Notes: generated from the letters alone by a model not told the origin. A stretch of 64,000 nucleotides of DNA from Paraspadella gotoi (GCA_051294375.1 CM119271.1:13383039-13447038), one strand, 5' to 3'; shown: positions 1 to 12,870, numbered from the stretch's first letter. Translations and numbers: made by a program.

Positions 1-37
1 AAGACGTCGGGGAATCGTTAATCTTTGTCATACGTGC

Positions 38-68
<31 letters not shown>

Positions 69-124
69 AGAACAAGAGAGAGGAAGAGAGAGAGGGATAA
101 AGAGATAGAGGAAGGGTAAGAAGG

Positions 125-1150
125 GACGAGATAAAGAGTTTGTTGAATACGCAAATGTAAAATTGAAACAAACATACATAGATTTATTGTTCAACAAACT
201 GTGAAGTTTTTTCATGCATCATGTATAGAATTTTTTTGTATACCTTAAAAATTTGCAAATACAAAAAACATAGAAGGAGAGAGAAGGAGAGAAAAACAGA
301 GAAAGAGAGAGAGAGATAGAGAAATAGTGTGACAGTAAAAAAAAAAAAAAAAAGAGAGAGAGAGAGAGGGAGGAAAGGTTAAGTTTTCATAATAAAAAGA
401 AATTTGGGAAATTTCCCCTTTTTCTGTGATCGCGTTTAGCGCCACTGCGAGAAGAACACACCTGAGGTCGACGTCGTCATCGTTGTCGTCGTCGTCGTCA
501 ATTTTGTTTCTTATTCCTTTTCTAAAGCATTAACGCTTGGCACTATTTTCCAAGAGCGCCTCGTTTAGATCCCTAATACTTAATTTTAATTTCAGTGGTT
601 TAGGGGTTGTATTCTTCTTTTTCAGCAAGCGACCTTCGGTTCGTGCCCCATTGATGTCAATGCTAGTAAGCGGGATAGGATATCTAACCGTAATACCTAA
701 CCTACTCTCTATCCTTAACCATTAACAAAATTATCAAACCTGAAAACAAACTTGATTTTGAATTTAAGTTGAAATGAGACGCTTTAGGAAAAGTAGGCCG
801 AATTGGTCGTATTAAATTTTGTTGTATTCTATAATTTGATTTTTTAACGGAGATTAAAAAGATTTACTAGTGACAAAATTGTCAGAAAGACGTACGTTGT
901 AATCAAAATCAAGATCATGAACAGTTTTGTACAGATAAACATTTAATTGATAAAAGCTTAAAATGTTTTTTTTTAATGAGCTAAAGCTTATTACACTAAA
1001 TAATAAGATAAGATTTTTATTTTTTGTTTCCCAAAAAAATTATTTATCTCAGAATAAATCTCCACTTGATATCGACCTAGAATTCCATGAGTTTTTCCTT
1101 AAATGTTGTAAACAAAACAAATGTTTAGAATCACACGCTTAGAAAATCTT
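125..1150 (-). pseudogene. Decayed relic resembling the N-terminal region of a Polinton/Maverick-type DNA polymerase B (copy B), interrupted by a MITE at 539-799
   Basis: Minus-strand peptides in order, across stops and frameshifts: DIKWRFIL; FYQLNVYLYKT..VRLSDNFVTSKSF; DDDVDLRCVLLAVALNAIT; FLYLQ; KKLHSLLNNKSMYVCFN. The order resembles the KW..V..LP..SKSII..DNLCF.RA..H..IK.L..Y.C..C series of Polinton-like polB N-termini (recognised by eye). Confidence 0.45.
539..799. mobile_element. MITE-like element with ~28-bp imperfect terminal inverted repeats and a TAACC-like interior
   Basis: Left end ggcactattttccaagagcgcctcgttt and right end aaatgagacgctttaggaaaagtaggcc are near reverse complements. 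The interior has degenerate taacc/ctaacc repeats. Related ends occur at 11084-11757 and 36400-36722. Confidence 0.65.
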
Positions 1151-1213
1151 CAAACGCAAAAAAAATAAAATTTAAGTAAAATCGGGGGGTTTATTTTTAT
1201 TAAATCATCGAAA

Positions 1214-1684
1214 ATGAAGCCGACCTTTTTCTTGATCGGGATGTCACTTCTCGGATTTGCGTGCGGAATGACCGGTGAAACTCCGGTCTCATGTTGGTCC
1301 AATCATTACTGTCGTAGTACCGTGATCAACGGAGTCAAGCTGGACGGCTGCTGCATGATGCAAGGTGAGGCATGAAGAAACGAAGTCAGAACCGTCGAAA
1401 CCTATCGACAACCGCGAGTCACCGCATTAAAATATTTGAATCGCCCCCCCCCCCAGCTATTTCGAAGTAATTTGTAAGTATATTGTTAAACGATGTCAAG
1501 AATAATGTAAAAAAATTGTGTCCGACTTGTAGGATCGCCGGTTGGCCAATGCAAAACGAGCTGCAGAGACTTATGCAATGTGCAGCCATTTTTCTGCGGC
1601 GGAGTGGTGACCCGAGTCGGCGCGGCGCATTTCGTCGTCGTCGTCGTCGTCGGCGTCGTCGTCGCTTTGACCGCAACGCGCTGA
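1214..1684 (+). CDS. Small secreted Cys-rich, probably GPI-anchored protein (100 aa); exons 1214-1364 and 1533-1684
   Basis: ATG at 1214, donor G|GTGAGG at 1365, acceptor TTGTAG|G ending 1532 with matching phase, TGA at 1682-1684, AATAAA motifs ~1840-1852. Protein: MKPTFFLIGMSLLGFACGMTGETPVSCWSNHYCRSTVINGVKLDGCCMMQGSPVGQCKTSCRDLCNVQPFFCGGVVTRVGAAHFVVVVVVGVVVALTATR. It has a signal peptide, 8 mature Cys and a hydrophobic C-terminal tail. Confidence 0.78.
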
Positions 1685-2296
1685 AGAGAGCAAGCGCGAT
1701 TATGAAGGCGGGCTGCATGGAGAGAGGCGTGGAGACTAGCAGCGGAGGGCGTATGGGGGGTCAAATATATCGAGCGGTAGTCAATTTTAATAATGAAATT
1801 GAATGAGTAGTTTATGAATTAATGATTTTAAAGCGAATAATAAAACAATAAAACAGTCAGTGCCTCTCTCGATTCGTTGTACTTTTTATTGGCCGACTTT
1901 AGTCAGGATTTTTGGAACGGTTGGTTAAGTTTATTTATCAACAATTAAAAATGGCGACGTGAATGAGGTTATAAAATCGATGGTGAAATTAACGAGATTA
2001 ATTTCAACGGTAAAAGGTTAAAAGATGAGTTTTAAATGACTCGGAAAACCCGAGATTAAAAATGACTTTAAAATTTAAACCACCAACGCTGAGTTAAAAG
2101 CGTTTAACGTCCGCGGGTTTTCAAGCGTTAAAAATAATCGCGATATCTTATTCACATTCGATCAATTTCTTCGCGGGAAAGGGGCGAGGCAGCAGTCAGA
2201 TATCATCTCGTCGTCGAATCCTACGGCCACGGTCGTGTCTTATCATGACCGGGGTAACACAATCAGTTTAAATTTATTTGAATTTATATTTCAAGT

Positions 2297-2344
<48 letters not shown>

Positions 2345-2529
2345 CGCAAAAGCAAAAGTTGGAATATCTCTTTTTCAGAAATGATTCCTTTTGGCTTTTC
2401 TTAAAAATGCACTCAGATTTCCGCTCGTCAATTAGATTTAGATAAAGCTACAAACGTCGAGATGCAGATATGGAATCCTTTTGTTGTTGTTGTGATCAAA
2501 AATGTAGTAAAAAGCTCGTCTTCGTTGTT

Positions 2530-2567
<38 letters not shown>

Positions 2568-2629
2568 AGTAGTCGTCGTCGCCTTCTTCGTGTCTTTATT
2601 TGTTCGGTTGGTTGACCACTGATCAATGA

Positions 2630-3075
2630 TCAGCCATTTAAGAAATGTTCTTTACTCTGGGAACATTTCTAAAATGCTTTTAATGTGCATATAATTTACG
2701 TTTGTGCATTCACGAAAGATCACGTGTCCAAAAATAAATGCCGAAATTAATTTAATCTTAAAAGCACCAGAATAATGTAATTCACCCTGTAGGAAAATTG
2801 TGAAATTTTTTCTTCTCTCGTGATCGCGTTATGTGAAACCGCGCGAAGAAACCACGTATGGTCGTCGTCGTCGTCATGCTTGTGCTAAAGTCAATATGCA
2901 TTTACATGAATTGGCAAAGGAAAAATTCGGGGGGAAAATTATATTATCACTATCAGCCAAGATGGTACTGCAACCTTTGGAATTCATTCCATGGCTTTGT
3001 TTTTTTTTTTTTTTATAAACCGATCTCGCTCCTCAGTTCGACATCAAGCTGTATTACTTGAAGCGCTCCAAATTT
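2630..3075 (-). pseudogene. Second decayed Polinton/Maverick polB-N-terminus-like relic (copy A), paralogous to 125-1150
   Basis: Minus-strand peptides: LQVIQLDVELRS; GCS..FANSCKCILTL; DDDDDHTWFLRAVSHNAITREEKISQFSY; NYMHIKSILEMF. The core aligns ungapped to copy B (11/21 aa identical) with five synonymous third-position differences. Confidence 0.45.
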
Positions 3076-3722
3076 CTAACTCTCACTCTAATCTCTAACC
3101 CTAATCTATTATTTAATCCTTTACTTAATCCATAACCCGCAACCTAATCTTTAAACCTCAGAACTAATATGAATAAAAAGGTCGACCATAGTTAATCGGT
3201 TTGTCTGTTTAAAGAAGAGACGACATAACGAAAATCGGATAAAATGAAACGGGGGGGGGGAAGCTGATGTCTCAAGTAGCAACGCAAACATCTTTTTCGG
3301 TCGGTCGGTCTGTCCAACTTACGTTTTAAAAAAGTTATGATCGACGGGTCATTTTTGTATCTACCTCTTCTACCCAAACCTTTATAATTATATTCGTATC
3401 ATCGTCTTTATCATTTACACTTGGATGCACTTAAAGCGAAAATACTTACATCTTTCTCCCCTAACGATTTTTTCTCTCTCTTAGTTCGTCGCTTTTGAGA
3501 AAGATTTTTTTCTTTCGATTCGATGAATATTATTAAAGAAAAGTTCGCATTCATGGGATTAGATCAGATTCATGGATTTATATTCACGGAGGAACTTCTG
3601 AATGTTTAATTGTTTGTTTTATTAATGATAATTTTCACTTAATAAAGAGAGGATGTATGAGACATTAATATTATTTAGGGATATTTAATGCGGTTTCCTC
3701 CGCGTAAAAAGAGACCGTCATG

Positions 3723-3867
<145 letters not shown>

Positions 3868-6216
3868 GAAAATCGACTTCTTTTCCCCGCATTTGAGAGA
3901 GAGCGGCAGAGAAAGTGAGACAGAGAGAGAAACAAGTTTGAGCAAACAATGTCGGATCTGCCCACGATCATTAGCGGTAATTAACTAATTAACTAATTAA
4001 CTGATTAATTAATACTTTACTTTATTTTACATTTTATATAAAAATAAAAAGAAACATAATCAATTCAATGTTCTGACATGATATAAGTGATTCCCGACAA
4101 GATTGGGGGGGCGAACCGACGGACCGACAAAGTGAATTATAGATCGGGATTTGCTGATTCGCAGATATGACTAAAAACCCCCGACTCCACTGAACTCTTA
4201 CCGTCAAGACTTTTTTCTTCTTCTTCAACAACAAAATTCTTTCTTGATTCGCCCGATCGATTCGGGCAAATGAGAGAGAGAGAGAGAGAGANNNNNNNNN
4301 NNNNNNNNNNNNNNNNNNNNNNNNNNNNNNNNNNNNNNNNNNNNNNNNNNNNNNNNNNNNNNNNNNNNNNNNNNNNNNNNNNNNNNNNNNNNNNNNNNNN
4401 NNNNNNNNNNNNNNNNNNNNNNNNNNNNNNNNNNNNNNNNNNNNNNNNNNNNNNNNNNNNNNNNNNNNNNNNNNNNNNNNNNNNNNNNNNNNNNNNNNNN
4501 NNNNNNNNNNNNNNNNNNNNNNNNNNNNNNNNNNNNNNNNNNNNNNNNGAGAGAGAGAGAGATCAAAAGGAGTAGTACGAACTACGAAGGTGGTAAGTGT
4601 GTAATCGAACGTGTGTATTGATGAGTTGGCGACTGTTTCAGCGTCTCACGTCGTCGTCTTCGTTGTTGTTGTTGTTTTTTCTTCTTTCCTCCCTGCCCAC
4701 TTTTCTTTTCTTCTTTCCTCCCTCACTACTTTTCTTTTAGGGGAGGAAGAAGGGGAAGAAGTAGAAGCGGAGAGAGGGGATGTGGAGGAAGAGGGGAAGG
4801 AAGAAGAAGAAGTGATGGAGGGAGAGGGCTAAATGGTGGATGACGAAACGCAGGACAGACGTAGGAAGACGGGGGAAGAATGACGGGAGGGGTGGAGAGG
4901 GAAAACCGTGGTGGAAGAGAAGACTGGGATCCGGATTGTCACCTAAGTTCCGAAATCGTGTTTTTGCCAAAGACTCGCGGAATCGTTAATCTTTGTCATA
5001 CGTGCATGAGAGAGAGAGAGAGAGGAGAGAGAGGGAGGGAGAACAAGGAAGAGGAGGAGAGAGGGATAAAGAGATAGAGGAAGCGGTAAAGAGGGACGAG
5101 ATAAAGAGTTTGTTGAATACGCAAATGTAAATTGAAACAAACATACATAGATTTATTGTTCAACAAACTGTGAAAGTTTTTTTCATGCATCATGTATAGA
5201 ATTTTTTGTATACCTTTAAATATTTGCAAATACAAAAAAACATAGATAGGAGAGAGAAAGGAGAGAAAAACAGAGAAAGCAGCAGAGAGAGATAGAGAAA
5301 TAGGTGACAGTAAAAAAAAAAAAAAAAAAAAGAGGGAGAGAGAGGGAAGGAAAGTGTTTAAGTTTTTCATAATAAAAAGAAATTTGGGAAATTCTCCCCT
5401 TTTTCTGTGATCGCGTTTTAGCGCCACTGCGAGAAATGAAGCACACCTGACGGTCGACCGTCGTCATCGTTGTCGTCGGTCGTTCTGTCATTTTTTTCTT
5501 ATTCCCTTTTCTAAAGCATTAACGCTTGGCACATTTTCCAAAGCGCCTCTGTTTAGATCCCTAATACTTAATTTTAATTTCCAGTGGTTAGGGGTTGTAT
5601 TCTTCTTTTTCAGCAAGCGACCTTCGGTTCGTCGCCCCATTTGATGTCAATGCTAGTCAAGCGGGATAGGAATATCTAACCGTAATACCTAACCTACTCT
5701 CTATCCTTAACCATTAACAAATTATCAAACCTGAAAACAAACTTGATTTGATGTTAAAGTTGAAATGAGACGCTTTAGGAAAAGTAGCGAGATTGGTTCG
5801 TACTTAAATTTGTGTTGTATTCTATAATGTTGGATTTTTTTAAACGGAGATTAAAAAGATTGACTAGTGACAAAAATTGTTCAGAAAGCACGTTACGTTG
5901 TAAGTCAAAATCAGATCATGAACATTTGTGTACAGATAAACATTTAATTGAGTAAAAGCTTTAAAATGTTTTCTTTTTTAATGAGCTAAAGCTTATTACA
6001 CTAAATAATAAGATAAGATTTTATTTTTTGTTTCCCAAAAAAATTATTTATCTCAGAATAAATCTCCATTGATACTCGACCTAGGAATTCCATGAGTTTT
6101 TCCTAAATGTTGTAAACAAAACAAATGGTTTAGAATCACACGCTTAGAAATCTTCAAACGCAAAAAAAATAAAATTTAAGTAAAATCGGGGGTTTATTTT
6201 TATTAAATCATCGAAA

Positions 6217-6706
6217 ATGAAGCCGACTTTTTCCTTGATCGGGATGTCACTTCTCGGATTTGCTGTGCGGAATGACCGGTGAAACTCCGGTCTCATGTTG
6301 GTCCAATCATTACTGTCGTAGTACCGTGATCAACGAGTCAAGCTGGACGGCCTGCTGCATGAATGCAAGGTGAGGCATGAAGAAACGAAGTCAAGAACCG
6401 TCGAAACTATCGACAACCGCGAGTCACCGCATTAAAATATTTGAATCGCCCCCCCCCCGCTATTTGCGAGTTAATTTGTAAAGTTTCTATATATTGTAAA
6501 CGTCATTGTCAAGAATAATTGTAAAAAAAATTGTCCTGTCGACTTGTAGGAGTCGCCGTGTTGGCGCCAATGAAACGAGCCTGCAGAGACTTATCAATGT
6601 GCAGCCATTTTTCTGCGCGGAGTTGGTGACCCGAGTCGCGCGGGTCGCATTCGTTCGTCGTCGTCGTCGTCGGGCGTCGTCGTTCGCTTTGACCGCAACG
6701 CGCTGA
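6217..6706 (+). pseudogene. Indel-disrupted duplicate of the 1214-1684 gene (likely an error-containing read copy rather than a true pseudogene)
   Basis: Same two exons, ATG at 6217 and TGA at 6704-6706, with many 1-bp indels, inside copy 2 of the tandem duplication. Confidence 0.65.
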
Positions 6707-8779
6707 AAGAGAGCAAGCGCGATTGATGCAAGGCGGGGCGTGCATGGAGAAGAGGCGGAGACTAGCAGCGGAGGGCGTATGGGGGTCAATATATCGAGCG
6801 GTAGTACAATTTTAATAATGAAATTGGATATGAGTAGTTTATGAATTAATGATTTTAAAGCGAATAATAAAACAACTAACAGTCAGTGCCTCTCTCGATT
6901 CGGTTGTACTTTTTATGGCCGATTTAGTCAGGATTTTTTGGAACGCGTTGGTGTAAGTTTATTTATCAACAATTATAAAATGGCGACGTGAATGAGGTTA
7001 TAAAATCGATGGTGAAATTAACGAGATTAAATTTCAACGGTAAAAGGTTAAAAGATATGTTTTAAATGACTCGGAAAACCGAGATTAAAATATACTTTTA
7101 AAATTTTAAAACCACCAGACGCTGAGTTTAAAAGCGTTTAAGCGTCCGCGGGTTTTCGGAACGCTTAAAAATAATCGCGATATCTTATTCACATTCGATC
7201 AATTTCTTCGCGGAAAGGGCGAGGCAGCAGTCAGATATCATCTCGTCGTCGAATCCTACGGCCTACGGTCGTGTCTCTATCATGACCGGGGTAAACACAA
7301 TCAGTTTAAATTATTTGAATTTATATTTTCAAGTAACTCTCTCTCTTCTCTCTCTCTCTTCTCGTCTCTCTCTCTCTCTCACACACACGCAAAAGCAAAA
7401 GTTGGAATATCTCTTTTTCAGAAATGATTCCTTCTTGGCTTTTCTTTAAAAATGCACTCAGATTTCTCGCTCGTCAATTAGATTTAAATAAAGCTACAAA
7501 CGTCGAGATGCAGATATGGAATCCTTTGTTGTTGTTGTTGATCAAAAATGTAAGTAAAACTCGTCTTCGTTGTTTCGTTCGTCGTCGTCGTTCGTCGTCG
7601 TCGTCGTAGTAGTCGTCGTCGCCTTCTTCGTGTCTTTATTTGTTCGGTTGTTGGACCACTGATCAATGATCAGCCACTTTAAGAAATGTTCTTTACTCTG
7701 GAAAACATTTTCTAAAATTGCTTTTAATGTGCATATAATTTACGCTTTGTGGCCATTCACGAAAGATCACGTGTCCAAAAATAAAATGCCGAAATTAATT
7801 TAATCTTAAAAGCACCAGAATAATGTAATTCACCCTGTAGGAAAATTGTGAAATTTTTTCTTCTCTTCGTGATCGCGTTATGTGAAACCGCGCGAAGAAA
7901 CCACGTATGGTCGTCGTCGTCGTCATGCTTGTGCTAAAGTCAATATGCATTTACATGAATTGGCAAAAGGAAAAATTCGGGGGGAAATTATATTATCACT
8001 ATCAGCCAAGATGGCTACTGCAACCTTTGGAATTCATTCCATGGCTTCTGTTTTTTTTTTTTTTATAACGATCTCGCCCTCAGTTCGACATCAAGCTGTA
8101 TTACTTGAAGCGCTCCAAATTTCTACACTCTCACTCTAATCTCTAACCCTAATCTATTATTTAATCCTTTACTTAATCCATAACCCGCAACCTAATCTTT
8201 AAACCTCAGAACTAATATGAATAAAAAGGTCGACCATAGTTTATCGGTTTGTCTGTTTAAAGAAGAGACGACATAACGAAAATCGGATAAAATGAAACGG
8301 GGGGGGGGAAGCTGATGTCTCAAGTAGCAACGCAAACATCTTTTTCGGTCGGTCGGTCTGTCCAACTTACGTTTTAAAAAAGTTATGATCGACGGGTCAT
8401 TTTTGTATCTACCTCTTCTACCCAAACCTTTATAATTATATTCGTATCATCGTCTTTATCATTTACACTTGGATGCACTTAAAGCGAAAATACTTTACAT
8501 CTTTCTCCCCTAACGATTTTTTCTCTCTCTTAGTTCGTCGCTTTTGAGAAAGATTTTTTTCTTTCGATTCGATGAATATTATTAAAGAAAAGTTCGCATT
8601 CATGGGATTAGATCAGATTCATGGATTTATATTCACGGAGGAACTTCTGAATGTTTAATTGTTTGTTTATTAATGATAATTTTCACTTAATAAAGAGAGA
8701 GATGTATGAGACATTAATATTATTTAGGGATATTTAATGCGGTTTCCTCTCGCGTAAAAAGGACGTCATGGATTTCTTT

Positions 8780-8853
<74 letters not shown>

Positions 8854-9251
8854 GAAAATCGACTTCTTTTCCCCGCATGTTGAGAGAGAGCGGCAGAGAA
8901 AGTGAGACAGAGAGAGAAACAAGTTTGAGCAAACAATGTCGGATCTGCCACGATCATTAGCGGTAATTAACTAATTAACTAATTAACTGATTATTAATAC
9001 TTTACTTATTTTACATTTTATATAAAATAGAAAAGAAACATAATTAATTCAATGATTCTGACATGATATAAGTGATTCCGACAAGATGGGGGGGCGACAC
9101 CGACGGACCGACAAAGTGAATTATAGAGTCGGGATTTGCTGATTCGCAGATATGACTAAAAACCCCGACCGCACTGAACTCTTACCCGTCAAGACTTTTT
9201 TCTTCTTCTTCAACAACAAAATTCTTTCTTGATTCGCCGATCGATTCGGGC

Positions 9252-9323
<72 letters not shown>

Positions 9324-9393
9324 AGACCCGGGGCCGGACAGGAAGCAATCCAGGACGGCACCGCCCTTTGCTTCTGCGAACCTATTAGAGGAG

Positions 9394-9440
<47 letters not shown>

Positions 9441-9569
9441 AAAAGGAGTAGTACGAACTACGAAAGGTGGTAAGTGTGTAATCGAACGTGTGTATTGATG
9501 AGTTGGCGACTGTTTCAGCGTCTTCACGTCGTCGTCTTCGTTGTTGTTGTTGTTTTCTTCTTTTCCTCC

Positions 9570-10030
9570 CTGCCCACTTTTCTTTCTTCTTTCCTCCTCA
9601 CGTACTTTTCTTTTCTTCTTTCCTCCCTCACTACTTTTCTTTTCTTCTTTCCTCCCTCCCACTTTTCTTTCCTCTCTCCCAACTTTTCTTTTCTTCTTTC
9701 CTCCCTTTCTACTTTTCTTTTCTTCTTTCCTCTCTCCCCACTTTTCTTTTCTTCTTTCCTCTCTCCCACTTTTTCTTTTCTTCCTTCCTCCCTCTCTACT
9801 TTTTTTTCTTCTTTCCTCCCTGCCCACTTTCATTTCTTCTTTCCTCTCACTACTTTTCTTTCTGCTTCTTCCTCCCCTATTACTACTTTCTTTATCTTCT
9901 TTCCTCCCTCCCCACTTTTCTTTCCTCTCTCCAACTTTTCTTTTCTCTCCTTCCTCCCTCTCTACTTTTTCTTTTCTTCTTTCCTCTCTCCCCACTTTTC
10001 TTTTTTTTCTTCCTCTCTCCCTCCACTTTT
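9570..10030. repeat. Pyrimidine-rich minisatellite, ~29-bp unit (acttttcttttcttctttcctctctcccc)
   Basis: Directly visible tandem repetition; it explains the F/S/L-rich ORFs here. Confidence 0.85.
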
Positions 10031-10986
10031 CTTCTTTCGTCCATCGTGCATGATGATACCGGTTTTCCCCGGTCTCTCTCCCTTAACACTCCCTCCCCCC
10101 CCACTCTCCCCCTCCCCCTGCCCCCCTCTCCCTCCCCCCCAGTCTCTCCCCCTCTCTCTCCCCCTCCCTTCCTCTCCCTCCCCCTTTCCCTCACTCCCCC
10201 CTCCCACTCTTCTCCCCACCTCCCCCCTCTCCCTCCCTCTCCCCCGCGACCCAAAGCGAAGATAGCTTTTGTTTTGTGGAAGCCCCGCCGCAGTCCACGA
10301 CGGACCNNNNNNNNNNNNNNNNNNNNNNNNNGGGTCCGTCCGGGGGTCATTTCTGGGTCACTCTCGGGGTCATTTCAGGAGGGGGGGTCACTCTCGGGGT
10401 AATATCGATATCGCTAGTAGATCATTTCGAGGTCAACGCGAGGTCACGTGTCGTTTGTGATTTCCATCTTGTTGGGTGAACGGTGGCCGGGAATGTTTAT
10501 GCGTGTGAGAGTGTGTGTCTTTGCGAGTTTGTGTGTGATCGGAAAGAGAGAAAAAAGAAATAATGGAACGAGGAGAGAACAAAGAGAAAGAGAAAACGGA
10601 TGAAATCAAAAGCACTATGTACGACAATATATATATTTATATATATAAATATATATATTTTTCTAATAATTGTTGCTACCTTCTTGCTTATTGAATGAGA
10701 CAGAGACAGAGAAAAGAAAGATAGACAGAAAAGGATAGTTGGGGAAAAATTAAAGTTATAAAGTAAAAAATAAGAAAACAAAAGCGGTGATAAAAGCTTG
10801 AACTTAAAGCCGAAACATGTACGATAATAAAAACTATCGTTTGTTGAATCATAAATATTTTCTTTTTCATCCAAGTTTACAAAATTAAGAAAACAAAACA
10901 AGGAAAATGACTGAATCAAAGGACAAAGAATGACAAAAACAAAAGAAAAAAAAGGTAACTTACCATTGTCGAAACGTTAGACTTAC

Positions 10987-11028
10987 CATCCGTCTTTTCA
11001 CGTACCAAATCCCGATGTACTTTTTCGC
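10987..11028 (-). CDS. Candidate 42-nt micro-exon (AKKYIGIWYVKRRM)
   Basis: Followed by a perfect GTAAGT donor and preceded by AG, although the acceptor is weak (GAG). KYxGxWY resembles the lipocalin SCR1 motif. No partner exons identified. Confidence 0.2.
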
Positions 11029-11083
11029 CTCGAGAAATAAAGAAAAGAAAATCCCTTTTTTCCTTACAAAAATCCTTTTTTTT

Positions 11084-11757
11084 GGGCAATCTTTTCCGAA
11101 AGAGCCCCATTTTAGTTTAAATTCATAATTATGTTTAATTTTTGGGTTTAATTATCAAGTTAAAAGTTTGGGATAAGGTTAAGAAATAGGAATAAGGATT
11201 TATAATTAGGTTAAGGATTTGGTTTGTATTTTAATAGAGGTTATTTTAATTTTAATTTATTCTTTTTATTTTTATTTATTTATTTTTTTTCATTTATTTT
11301 ATTTATTTTAATTCAGGTTCAGTGCGAGGAGTTAGGGTTACGAGATAAGGTTAGTGATTGGGGTTTAAAATTAGGGATTGACGTTAAGGATTAGGATAGG
11401 GTTAAGAATAAAGGTTATGGATTAGGTTATGGTTAAGAAAAAAGGTTAAGGATTAGGTTAGGGTTAAGAAAAAAGGTTAAGGATTAGGTTAAGGTTAAGA
11501 ATAAAGGTTATGGATTAGGTTATGGTTAAGAAAAAAGGTTAAGGATTAGGTTATGGTTAAGAAAAAAGGTTAAGGATTAGGTTAAGGTTAAGAATAAAGG
11601 TTAAGGATTAGGTTAAGGTTAAGAAAAAAAGTTAAGGATTAGGTTAGGGTTAAGAAAAAAGGTTTAGAATTGGATTAACATTTAGGTTTAACATTTGAAT
11701 TAAAATTAAACCCATGGATTAGTAACAGAAAATGGGCGCATTTCGATAACAGTGCCC
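11084..11757. mobile_element. MITE-like family member containing a 31-bp telomere-like tandem array (11400-~11665, ~9 copies)
   Basis: Ends gggcaatcttttccgaaagagccccattt and aaatgggcgcatttcgataacagtgccc are imperfect inverted repeats. ggttaagaa recurs at 11400, 11431, 11462, 11493, 11524, 11555, 11586, 11617 and 11648. Confidence 0.7.
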
Positions 11758-11869
11758 CTCTTTTTTTTTCTTTTCCCAAATTTTCTTTTCTTAATTTTAC
11801 GACGAAGATAAAATCGAATCCGAAAAAATAAAAATCTCGACCCGCGATTTTTTTTTTTTTTTTTATTTC

Positions 11870-12870
11870 CCTTTTCTTAGTCTAATCTTTCTATTTCCTT
11901 TCTTTTCTTTATCTTTTTCCCTTTTCCTTTTTTTTTCTTTTATTATTTCTCTTTTCTTAATCTAATCTTTCTATTTCCTTTCTTTTCTTTATCTTTTTCC
12001 CTTTTCCTTTTTTTTCTTTTATTATTTCTCTTTTCTTAATCTAATCTTTCTATTTCCTTTCTTTTCTTTATATTTTTCCCTTTTCCTTATTTATCCTTTA
12101 TTATTTCTCTTTTCTTAGTCTAATCTCTCTATTTCCTTTCTTTTCTTTGTCTTTTTCCCTTTTCCTTATTTATCCTTTATTATTTCTCTTTTCTTAGTCT
12201 AATCTCTCTATTTCATTTCTTTTCTTTATCTGTTTCCCTTTTCCTTATTTTTCTTTTATTTTTTCTATTTTCTTAGTCTAATCTCTCTATTTCTTTTCTC
12301 TTCTTGATCTGTTTCCCTTTTCCTTATTTTTTGTATTATTTCTCTTTTCTTAGTCTAATCTCTCTATTTTCTTTCTTTTCTTTATCTTTTTCCCTTTTCG
12401 TTATTTTTCTTTTATTATTTCTCTTTTCTTAGTCTAATCTCTCTATTTCCTTTCTTTTCTTTATCTTTTTCCCTTTTCCTTATTTATCCTTTTTTATTTC
12501 CTTTTTCTTAGTCTAATAACTATATTTCCTTTCTTTTCTTTATCTTTTTCCTTTTTCCTTAATTATCCTTTTTTATTTCCCTTTTCTTAGTCTAATATCT
12601 ATATTTTCTTTCTTTTCTTTATATTTTTCCCTTTTCCTTATTTTTCCTTTATTATTTCTCTTTTCTTAGTCTATTACCTCTATTTCCTTTCTTTTCTGTA
12701 TCTTTTTCCCTTTTCCTTATTTTTACTTTATTATTTTTCCTTTCTTAGTCTAATCTCTCTCTTTTCTTTCTCTTCTTTATATTTTTCCCTTTTCCTTATT
12801 TTTCCTTAATCATTTCTCTTTTCTTAGTCTAATATCTCTATTTCCTTTCTTTTCTTTATCTTTTTCTCTT
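11870..12870. repeat. ~79-80-bp tandem repeat, ~13 copies
   Basis: Marker 'ttctta(g/a)tctaatc' recurs about every 79 bp (tctaatc at 11881, 11961, 12040 and onward). Confidence 0.93.

Noticed and set aside
530-662. Apparent minus-strand terminal exon IDINGARTEGRLLKKKNTTPKPLKLKLSIRDLNEALLENSAKR*
   Set aside because: It lies almost entirely inside the MITE-like element 539-799, including its terminal repeat, so the open frame is probably coincidental.
1483-1806. 107-aa Arg-rich, protamine-like ORF
   Set aside because: It is an alternative frame of exon 2 of the Cys-rich gene; the poly-Arg comes from the (GTC)n repeat.
11400-11665. TTAGG(G)-rich array as a true telomere or as a CRISPR array
   Set aside because: It is a degenerate 31-bp unit inside a TIR element, internal to the scaffold, with no unique spacers and no cas genes.
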